Below are positions 1-10,400 of a DNA stretch of 56,471 bases, piece by piece. Origin of the DNA: a virus (Duplodnaviria; Caudoviricetes); the IMG/VR virus record IMGVR_UViG_3300027851_000033, positions 1 to 56,471 of that record; one strand, given 5' to 3'. A model generated the notes under the pieces. The model was not told the origin of the DNA. It searched no databases and saw only the letters and a list, made by a program, of their open reading frames with translations. The translations under genes were made by a program, and so were the position numbers. The stretch's first letter is position 1, and every line of letters starts with the position of its first letter.

Positions 1-134
1 GCGAGGCGTGCGCCAAAGCGGCAGAGGGATTCACAGACTACCGCGACGACCGCAAGTGGGTGCCGGGGAGCCTGTACGACACCCTGCGGCGCGAAACGGC
101 TGCATTCATTCGCAAGCGCTCTAACGTAAAGTAG
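1..134 (+). CDS. 3' part of the cassette L gene (continues from 56327..56471; ...EACAKAAEGFTDYRDDRKWVPGSLYDTLRRETAAFIRKRSNVK*)
   Basis: Frame starting at position 3 is open to TAG at 132-134 and joins the ORF at the right end in frame. Confidence 0.7.
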   Translation, partial: EACAKAAEGFTDYRDDRKWVPGSLYDTLRRETAAFIRKRSNVK

Positions 135-143
135 ACACCTAAT
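119..143 (-). mobile_element. Putative attI-like recombination site at the integrase-proximal end of the cassette array
   Basis: Minus strand reads ATTAGGTGTCTAC-TTTAC-G/TTAGAG: a core R box, a 5-bp spacer and an L-like box, with no attC hairpin. Confidence 0.6.
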
Positions 144-148
144 CATAA

Positions 149-1147
149 TCAAATGCGTCCTGCTATATCCTCGGCGGATTCTCGATAGTAGACTTCCGAG
201 AGCATGCGAATATCCTTGTGTCCGCTGATCTTAGCTAGGGTTAGAACATCAACTTTACGCGCCAGCAAGGTCAAGGCTTCCGCTCTCGCATCGTGAAAAT
301 GCAGGTCATTGATCATTAATCTATCCCGCGCCTTGCGAAACAGCGCATCCAGCGAAGCAGAGGTAATGTGAAACCATTTGCCACGTCCCGCCATAGGGCG
401 CATCAGACGAATCGCCTTGCCTGTCAGCGGTATCAGTCGCGGCTTGCCAGTAGCGTGAAGTCGCTTATGGTTTCCGATGGTGCTGACCCGCTTGGTTAGA
501 TTAACCGTCGAATCCGATAATTGAAGCACCTCGCCAGCCCGCATTCCGGTACGAAGTGATATTAAAAAAGCCAGCGCCACCTCTTGCTGCTTGGTTTCTG
601 GTGGACGACCTGATCGGTACTCCAGCAAGCGACAAAGCGCCCGCACCTCGCACGGCAACACGCGCCTATCTCGTGATGGTTGTTTGGATGGCAAGCGCAA
701 CCCTACCCACGGGTTCTTATCCATCCAGCGCCATTCCTCACGGCAAACACGAAAGGCGTTTCGCAGCCAATTCACATCCCGCAGCACGGACGCAGCCGAC
801 ACGACTTTCAAGCGCGCATCACGCCATGCCACCAAATCAGGCGTATCGACTTCGGATAGCTTCTTGTCGGCTAATTCTGGAAAGTCACGCAGCAAGGCAT
901 TAATCCTGAGTCCTTCCGCCCGTTCACCGGCTTTCAAAGGCGTGATCTTGTCGAGGTAATTTTCCAGCATGCCCCGAACCGTATGCAACTCTGCCGGTGA
1001 GCGTTGCAGGTTGTCCCGTAGCTGGTTTTCTGTGGTGGAAGCCCACGCCTGCGCCTCTCGCTTCGTGCGACATATCCGTGTTAACCGCCGCTTGTTAACC
1101 GTGACAATCGCCCGCCAGCCCGACTTATGGGCAAAGATTGAAGCCAT
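149..1147 (-). CDS. int: Phage tyrosine integrase (not IntI-type)
   Basis: Catalytic motifs TGMRAGE, HFHDAR, SGH and VYY; N-terminal arm-binding-like segment; adjacent attP. Confidence 0.92.
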   Translation of the reverse strand: MASIFAHKSGWRAIVTVNKRRLTRICRTKREAQAWASTTENQLRDNLQRSPAELHTVRGMLENYLDKITPLKAGERAEGLRINALLRDFPELADKKLSEVDTPDLVAWRDARLKVVSAASVLRDVNWLRNAFRVCREEWRWMDKNPWVGLRLPSKQPSRDRRVLPCEVRALCRLLEYRSGRPPETKQQEVALAFLISLRTGMRAGEVLQLSDSTVNLTKRVSTIGNHKRLHATGKPRLIPLTGKAIRLMRPMAGRGKWFHITSASLDALFRKARDRLMINDLHFHDARAEALTLLARKVDVLTLAKISGHKDIRMLSEVYYRESAEDIAGRI

Positions 1148-1154
1148 GACTCCC

Positions 1155-1380
1155 CCGTGTGCACCACCGTGTGCATTTTTTGTGCACCCGAATGTAATTT
1201 AAGTCGACTTGGAGTTCAACTTTATTACAGACTAGGTTAAAAGATTCTGCTTAACCTGCTGTTTTGAAAGGATTGATGTATTGACACTATCAACTCTTTC
1301 TTTTTCATGGTGCCCGGGACCGGAAACTAAGTTCTAGTATTTGCAATGGTATTGGTAATCTGTGTGCATTTCATGTGCAA
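1155..1380. other. attP: core TGGTGCCCGGGACCGGA (1308-1324) flanked by TGTGCA arm-type repeats
   Basis: The reverse complement TCCGGTCCCGGGCACCA matches a tRNA 3' end with CCA (Leu-like acceptor stem). TGTGCA repeats occur at about 1158-1186 and 1363-1379. Confidence 0.75.
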
Positions 1381-1423
1381 ATTAGTAACGGCGCGAAAGC
1401 GGGAACCAGATAATAGTCTACTC

Positions 1424-4400
1424 TCAAGACCCTGCTACACGCTCCATGAATTCCTTCTCTACGGCTTGTTTTTTCTCTATCTGTGCTTTTGCCTTGGCGT
1501 TAAACTCGTCTCTATCTATACCTTTTTTCTGGAATTCACGCTTAAGCGCCGTGATATTTTTATCAATCTCCATCATCTTTGCCTGCGCCGCACGCTGAGC
1601 ATTAAGTCTCAGCACGTCAGGCGGATAGCTTCCGAGCTTGATCCCGACCGATGAGATGATTGACTGTGCCAAACTCTGCTCACGACCAAATGAATCAGTC
1701 TTCCCGCTTCCGGCATTGGAGATACCTGTCCATGCGTAAGTCCCAGGAAGGACAGCAATGTTCGGCGCGAACGCCTTGTAGAGGTAGTCGGTCAGCTTCG
1801 CTGCTTGTTCATAAGCGGTATCCGTTTCCAACGTAATGCTCTTGCCGGTAAATCCTTGCTTATTCAGCATCAGTTCTGCCATGAGCGCAAGTGGCCCGCC
1901 TGGTGTCATTGATGGGAGGATGGGCAACGCAGCGTGACTCTGACCAGCGTCAAATATATCGCCTACAGGTATCCAGCGCCGGATGTCCAAGAATACCGGT
2001 GATCCATTGGCATCATTCCATGGCATGCGTATCAGCTTGGGCGTAATACCCCAAATCCTACCAGCTTTTTCCTCCGGCAACAGTTTGCGTTCGTCGTCTT
2101 CATCGCCACCCGACAGCATGTAGCCAAGCGCGTTAATCGCTCCCGCCAGCAAACCCAGCTTAATTAGCTTCCACGGCTTCTTGGCTGCGATTTCCAGCAT
2201 CATCGGCGCTGCGCGATAAGTGAATGCAACGAACGGTAGCGCTGTGCTTCTCATCATCTGAACCCATGGTGCATTGATGTTGTAGTCGAGGAATGACTTA
2301 CGCGCCACCTTTCCAGCAACTTGGTCAGTCGCACCATCTTCCTTGGCCTTAAGCCAAGCCGCAAGACGGAAGACCTGATCCTCGGCTTCATAAAGATCAA
2401 TCATTGCGCGTGCCGTTTTGACGGTGATTTTTCCCGCTGCGCTTGGCTTAAGCGCATCCCATGCAGACGGGAAGCGCCCTTTGAGCGCCAACTGCAAAGC
2501 GGACATGACACCTACCTGGCCAGTCACATTACCCGCGATGCCAAGCTCTTTTCCCAGCGCATCTAATAATGGGCGCAGCTGCTCCTGCTGCAATTCCTTT
2601 GTTACCCATGTTCCGATAGAGCCGCCAGAATCACCGAAGCGTGCCAGCACCTCATCCGCCGCCGCGTCCTTGGAAGTCATCAGCCTGAGTGCCTTGAGGA
2701 CATGCCCAGCCGTCACATCATGCCAATCTGCCATGACAAAGTTCGCCATGACGTTGTTCATGTGGACAGCGGGGCTCAGGGCAGTTTTTGAAGCTTTCCA
2801 TGCGCGATGAATCGCGGCGTAGGTTTCGCCCAAGGGTTGATAGCGGAAGCCGATCGTCTGCCGCACATCATTCCAGATAGGTGCCGGTAGATAGCGGCCA
2901 GCCAGCGCCCCGTATCGCTTGACCTTCGTGCCTGGGACAACTACATCAGGCACTTTCACCCACTCACCTGTTTTGTATGTGTCACGCATGCGATCAGATG
3001 CCTCGACAATCTTGCCATCAATTGCTTCGCCGTCTATCTTGGCGTAATTCTGCCCAAGCCATTGCAGGTATTTACCCGTTTCAACATCGTGGATCATGCC
3101 GTGCAAGGTCTTGGCTATCGCGTAGCGCGCCTCATCAATCTCACCCATCAACTCGCGCTCTTGCTTGGTGAAGTCGCGCCAGACAATGAGATTATTTCCC
3201 TTGGTATCGCGGACTTCCCATGTTCCCATCTGATCCCATGCGCCATAACGCGCGGGGATGGCTTCTCCTGCTGGCCAGTAAGCCACCTCCAGCAGTCTTC
3301 CCTTGCTCTTGTCGCTCATGCCGGGAATCGCCGCCGTGCCTTCGCCGGAAGATGCCCGGCGTTCCAGCCGGATGAATCGCTCACCCTTCAACTGTTTGTC
3401 AGCCTTGCCTTGCTGTGTTTTGCGATTCCACCACTCTGGCGAACCGTTCTTGATCTTCGCCATATCCACGGCATCCGTCATCCCGCGACCTTTGTATTGA
3501 TCGCCCAGGACAGCAATAGCGCGTTTCCTTGCTGCCGTCTCGCCGCCGGTCAATTCTGCCGTATGCTTAGCATAGCTACGGTGCAGATAGGCGAATCGAT
3601 TGCGCTTGTAGGCTTCCTCATCCAATTGGCCGAGGCGTACCGCTTCTTTCGATAGGCCGTCAATCATTTTCTCAACTTCAGCCAGCGTCTTGATTGACTC
3701 GGGCGGCAACTGTTCCATGAACCAGTCGGAAGACTGCGGATTATCCGTGTTCATCCATTCATAGGCGATACGACTTTCTGCCCTGGTCAGGGTAGATAAC
3801 TTCTCAAGCAATGTGCCAGCCGCACGAAGCTGACGTTTCTGCCGCCCCTGAACGATAGCGCGCTGATCTATAACAGCCTCGGGGATGCCGTAATCAGACA
3901 CCATGCCAGCCTTGATGGTTTCCGGCGTCCAGCGATCCAGCAAGAAACCGGCCTTGTTGTAAGCCGCCATAGTCAGCTTGTCAATCTGTGCGGCCTGCAT
4001 GACACCTTTTATTAAAACATCGAAAGGACGTGGTGTGCCTGCTTTCGTTTGAATAATAGTCTCGGCACGCTGTTCAGAGGTCGGCGCTAGTGATACAGCG
4101 TGGGACAGGCGCGTTCCCGTTGATATGCTGCCACCCTTACCGGAACGCACCCATTCGCGTGCCGTGCCCAGCAAGTCGGCCACATATAAATCCGCCTGCT
4201 GCTGTTCGCTCAACCCGGCATTCAGCCATTGATCCAGCTTGGCCGCCAGTAATTTTGCCCCGGCCTTGTTCAACCAGTTGCGCACTACCTGCACCACCTT
4301 GCGCCAGCCGCGTAGCTTGGCGAGTTCAACATCTGGAATGTCCGCCAGCACTTCTTCAACTGCGTCCAGGTTTGACTTGAGTCCACGTGCATCACGCATC

Positions 4401-7400
4401 TGTATCGCGGCCTTGCGCACTTTGGCATTCATCAATAACACATGCTGGAGCGCAGAATCAAGCTCCTTGCCTACCGCGCCACGCAGTCCGTAGTGTGTTA
4501 TTTCATGAGTTGCCAGCACATGCTCGGCGCGCGCTTCGTCGGCCATGCCGGAGGCAAACAGGTAAATCTCGCCCTCGTGGGTTGCGCCCTCTACGTCATT
4601 CCAAGCGTCTGACTTCTTGATGAAGTCGCGCAATGCCTTCTGCGTCTGGTCATTGGTGGATAGATCAGCGGGCGATGCGAAGACATGCACCCGTGGCAGG
4701 TTCTTGAAGCCCTTGGAGACACGATCAACCACAGCATGCAGGTCGCGCAAGGCCATACCACGACCAGTTGATTTTGTATCAACGGCCTTGCCACGATAGG
4801 CGGTCATGAACAACGGATAAGCGGCCTCCGGCATGTAGTTCTTCGCCGTCAATCCCCGCGTTGCAAACAGCTCTGCCTTCTTCAGCATCAGCAGAGCTTC
4901 GGCATCTGTCTTTGCTTCGAGCGAATTGGCCAGCCGATGCAGCCCCATTGAACGAAGCAGGCTTTGCAATACTGCCGCGAACCGCTTCCATCCCTTCAGA
5001 GATTCACCTGTCTGCGCAATCTTCGCCAGCGCTTCGTCGATTGAGATATAGTGGATGTCGTTATCTGATAGGCTGTAGTCTGATTTCAGGTCGGCGATCA
5101 GGTCGATATTCTTGCTTCGCCACGCTGCCGCCATCAATCTCACGCGAGGATTAGCGTCATGAATCTCACCAAGCGCCGCATCAAGTGCCGAACCAAAGAA
5201 TCCCCGAAGGCCAAAATGAGCAAGTTCATGGAAGGTGACTTCCCTTACATCTTCCGCGCTTCGGATTCCACCAGCCACGAGGTAGAGCGTCCCCTTATAC
5301 ATAGCACCACGGGTATCACTGGGCGCATCGAAGGGAAGGTCAGACGGGCGCCAGACTACCTTTACATCCGGCGCATTTCCAAGGCCACCAAGTATATTAT
5401 CCGCCTCTTGACCCACGCTGGCGATTGAAACACCCCCCGCCAGCGGGTTGTCGGCACGCGATAGTCTCGGTGTATCTGTACTGTTATCCTGCTGATCCGT
5501 ATTTTCATCGGATGCCTGGTCTGCCATCATCGCCGCTTCCAGCGCATCAGCCTCGCTGATCCTGTTCGACAGTTCCTGAGCAAACTGGAATTTCGCATCC
5601 AGCCGATCCACCAGCGCCGCACGCTTGGCCTTGGCGTCCTCGATCCGCTGTTTGAGTTCAGATGGTTTGCGTGCCAGCGCTGCAAGCGTGTTGGTCGCAC
5701 GCATCGAGATACCTACGGGGTCATCATTGACATCGCGCACAAGGACATGCGCTTCCTCACCCAATGTCATACCCAGTTGCGAGCGGTATTCAGTCACTTT
5801 GTCATCAAAGTCACGCACGATCTTCCCGAAAAACTCAATAGGAAAACTGGAGATTTCACCGATCTTGAAGCGGCCATCTTTGCCGTGTGCAGCGCTCTCC
5901 TTGAATTTTGCCAACAGAGCTTCAGCCCACTCCTTGCGCTTGTCGAAAACCTTGTCCCCGGCTCTGGCCTTAAAGTTTTCTCCGGAAAGATCAACAACCT
6001 TTTTGGCCATCTTTTCAGCCGCAGGCAGTTGTCTATCCGCCGAAGCAATCCACTCGCCAGCCAGATCATAATCATGCCGCAACCGAGACCGGGTTTCTTC
6101 ATGGGCGCGGAACAGTCGCTGATACTTCGATATGTCTGCCTTGATGCCTGCCAATTGGATAGCACGCGGGTCGCCTGCCGTCATTGCGGTAGCAATCTGG
6201 AACTGGCTGACATCACTCAAGTCATCTATTGAGCGGACAGACGTATCACCCGATAGCGCCTGGTCAATAAACTGCTGTTTGCTGGCTAGCATTTGCCACA
6301 TCACCGCGTCATAGCTCCCCTTGGTCGAGAAAGCATAAATCTCCACCAGCGGGTTCTTGTTGCCCTGACGGATGATACGGCCTTCGCGCTGCTCCAAATC
6401 GGCTGGATACCATGGCGTATCAAGATGGTGCAAAGCGATCAATCGTTGTTGAGCATTAACCCCTGTGCCCATATTCTTGCTACTACCTACCAGAATGCGC
6501 ACCCGCCCGGCATTCACGTCCTTGAACAGCTTCAGTTTTGCTGTTGATTTCTTATGGTCGCCCATGAATGCAACCTGCTTGGCAGGAATGCCCGCATCAC
6601 GCAAGCGCTTTTCCATCCAGGCGCGGGCATTGAACCCACGATTTGCCGTCACACCAGCACCAAAGCCCAAGTCGGAAAACACCATCTGCGAACCACCCTT
6701 GTCCGGTTCCATCTGGCCATCCTTGCCCATGTATTCATTATTGGCCGTGCGCCGATAAACCTCGATCACGCCATCTATCATCTTGTTCAGCTTGGAATCC
6801 GGATCGGATGGCAGCGACGGATCAACAAACCGCATATCAATCGCCGCCAGTCGGCCATCGCCGATGATGCGAATGATCGGGTCTGGATTGTTTGGCTCGC
6901 CCTGGCTTGGCTTCCATGCCCGCGACTCTTCCAGCCGAAGAGCCAAAGCCTCCTTGTAGGCAGAATAATCTTCCGTTTGCGGCGTCACCTCCAGGCTACG
7001 CGAGCCGTTCTTGACCTTTGGCCGCTTGTCGCCCAACATCACCGCCAGATGGTCTGCCGTCAGTACATCGGAGAATTCACGAAACATCTGCGTCATTTCA
7101 GGCACATTCACGAACTTGGTGAACCGCGTCACCTGTGAGTATTTTCCAGAAGCATCCGCCTCGATCTCGGTATTTTCCTGGCCAAACATCGACGCCCAGG
7201 CATCGAAGTCCTGTAACCCTCTATCCTCTAGCGCTTGGGGTGACATGAATCGCTGCACAGAATAAAGCTCTGCCAGTGTGTTGGTAATCGGTGTGCCTGA
7301 CATCATGACCAATGAGCGCCCCGGCTTCTTCTGCTCCAGCCATCGGGTTTTCATCCACAAGTCAAACGCGCGGTCGGAGCCTGAAGAATCAATCCCCTTG

Positions 7401-10400
7401 ACCTGACGCAGGGTGGTGAAGGCCAGCTTGCGGAATTCATGCGCCTCATCAACATAAATTTGATCCACGCCCAACTGGTCAAAGCGCACATTCTTGTCCT
7501 TGCCGTCGGATGACATGGCCGCTTCCAGTTTTTGCTCCATCTTCTCGATGCGGTTTTGGATGTCGCGCACCTTGGGGTCGCGGCTACGCTGGCCCTCTTC
7601 GCCGCCCGCCTCTTCCAGTGCGGCACGCAGGTAATCCAGTTGCTCGGTAATCATCTTTTCCTTGAACTCCGGATCAAGGTCAAGCAACTTGAAAGCTGAA
7701 TGGGTAATGATGACGCCATCTACATCTGATAGCGCAACGCGCGACACGAAGCGGCGGCGGTTGTCGGTATGGAACTGCTTTTCATCAGCCACCATCAGTT
7801 TCGCAGTCGGATAAAGTTGCAGCCATTCCCGAGCAAACTGCTGGAGCATGTGGTTCGGCACTACCATCATAGGCTTCTTGACCAGACCAAGCCGCTTTTG
7901 CTCCATGGCAGAGATCACCGCTGCCCACGTTTTTCCAGCACCAACAGAGTGCGCCAGATAGGTGTTGCCCGACTGGATGATGCGCCATGCACCCCGTTTC
8001 ACATGGTCAAATACATTGATGGTCGACGTTTTCCCCGGCAAGGTCAGGTGGCGGCCATCGAAAGATCGGGAGACCGTGGTATTGAACTTGTCGTTATAGA
8101 CGCGTACCAACTCGTCAGTCCGTTGCCCATCTGTCCACAACCAGTCAGCAAAGGCTTCGCGCATCTGCGCCAGTTTCTGATTGGCCGCTTCGGTTGAGGC
8201 CGCATCGAATACGGACTTTTTATCTACCCCGCTGCCTTCGGTGCGCGTGATCCTGATCGGATTGCCTGACAGCGCATGCTGCAAGATTTCAGCAGCATTG
8301 CGATCTAGCGTGCCCCAGTCCGAAGTTGCAGCAGCCGAACTGTATCCCGACTTCGCCTCTACCGTCCATTGCCCGGTACGCTCGTTATAAGTAACCTTGG
8401 CCGTTATGCCTGCCTTTTCCTTGAGAAACTTCTCATAGTCGGATTCTGGAATCCAGTTCATGCCTATGGCTGCCGTAATATCCGATGGCGGCACTGGCGC
8501 AGGCTGCGCATTGATTAACGCCTCAATGTTGCGCTCATAGCGACGGTCAGTCTTGACAGATTCCTGCGCTTCTTTGAGTTTCTTCTTGACGTTGCCAGAC
8601 AGGTATTCGTCAGCCATCTGCCAACCGGCGGAAGGCGATTCATAAACCGCCGTGCCTAGCATTGCGATGGCTTCCTGCTCATCAATTCCCAGTCGTTCAG
8701 CGATCAACGGAATATCCACCTTGCCGGTATCGTTCAGCACCGACAGCAGCGCATCGTGCGGCGTCTCGATCCGTGGCGACGAAGGTTTGTTCAGGATGCG
8801 CGATGACAGCCACGGACTGGGCGTTATCTCTCCCGTCTCTTCATTTAGGACTTCCAGCGACTCAACCAGCGTTGAATCCGGATCATCGCTGATCTTGTTG
8901 CGCAAGTCGAATCGGCGCCATGTGACGGTATCCTCAATAGTTTCCCCGGTATCCTCATCCTGTTTCTTGGTGATGCGCTCAAAGGCCTTGTTTTGGAGAA
9001 GGTTGCCGTGCTTTTTAGTGAAGTCACGGTATGTCTTTTGCAACGCCTTCAGCGAGTCCTCCCATGGCCCATCATTCAACTGGTCGTAGTGGGATTGGAG
9101 CAGCGTATCGCGCAAGCGCACATAATCCTTGAGCAGCGCCACAGTCTTTTCGTTTTTACCGGCATCGGCACGCACCCCAACGCCGCCCTCGCGCTGCATC
9201 AGAATTCCTGCATCAGACAAGTAGTAGTTGCCTTCCTTCTGCGCTTTTGGGTTGAAGTCGATCTCTCGCACCTGCGCCGCTTTGGCGGCCGTTCCTGTTG
9301 CCTGGTAAATGTCTTTTGGCAGATTCTCTACCGCCGCATCGAATTGCGCCTCGATGTCGCCCTCCTTCGGCAGCACGGTGTATTCATCCTTCCCGTACAT
9401 CGACCCCTTCAGGCTATGTGTACCCAGCACCATTTCGGGGTGAGCGGCGAAGTATTCGTTGATGGTAGCCTGGCCTTCCGGCGTTTCGATCTGTTGCACG
9501 CCTATCCATGGCTGACGCGTAGTATTATTGCCATCAGTCGTTGCGCCCAAACGACCTCCGGGCGAGGATTGAAACTTACGCAGGAACAGCACATCGGTTA
9601 CGACCTCTGTGCCAGCGTTCTTCATGAATGCTGTTTGTGGTAAACGGATCGCGCCAATCAACTCGGCACGATCCGAAAGATACTTACGCGCCTTGTCGCC
9701 CTGTTTGTCCATGGTATAGCGGCTGGTCACATAGACCATCAGTCCGCCCGGCTTCACCTTGTCGATAGACTTGGCGAAGAAATAGTCATGGAGCGAAAAT
9801 GCCAGCCTCTTGTAACGTGGATCAGACAGAATCGGGATATTTGCAAACGGCGGGTTGCCAATCGCCACATCATAGAAGTTGTCCGGCAAGGCTGAGTCAA
9901 CGAAGCTCTCGACAGCAATGCGCTCATCCGGGAATAGTTGTTTGAGGATAGCGCCGGTGATGTTATCAAACTCGATACCGGTATATACAGAGTTGGTTGC
10001 CATGGCTGGCGTCATCAAGCCTGGGAATATGCCAATCCCCGCACCAGGTTCCAGAATAGCCCCGCCCTTGAATCCCATGCGATCCATGGCCTTCCACATG
10101 GATTGCACCACGGCGCGGCTGGTGTAATGCGCGTATTGCGTGGAACGCTCTGCCGTCGCCATCTCGTCTGCGGTCAACAGCCCGCGCACTCGCTCCCGTA
10201 GTTCTTTCCACTGCTTATCGAGTTCCCATGGACGAGTCGAAAAAATCTGGTTACGGATGCCGGAGGCACCCCAGCCGATGAACTTGGCCAAGATGGCTTG
10301 CTCGTCCCTGGTCGCCTGGCGCCCTTCGGCTTCGAGCTTCTTGATTAGTTCTACCGCGTCGACATTCTGTCGCGCCTTGGTCAGCCAGCCACCTTCATAA

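Noticed and set aside
1308-1324. tRNA gene
   Set aside because: Only 17 nt of a 3' end is present, with no cloverleaf; treated as the att core.
1346-1654. 102-aa plus-strand ORF
   Set aside because: Antisense shadow of the Lys/Glu-rich C-terminus of the giant protein, overlapping attP, with no RBS.
5360-5510. Fourth nested +1-frame ORF (MKIRISRITV...) in a linker of the giant gene
   Set aside because: No SD sequence, and it runs into the next structured domain.
9525-9570. Two short hairpins in a small insertion within the methyltransferase region
   Set aside because: Stems of only 4-6 bp are expected by chance, and there are no intron or intein hallmarks.
2321-10400. Other alternate-frame ORFs within the giant gene
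   Set aside because: They overlap motif-bearing domains of the main frame and do not look like folded proteins.
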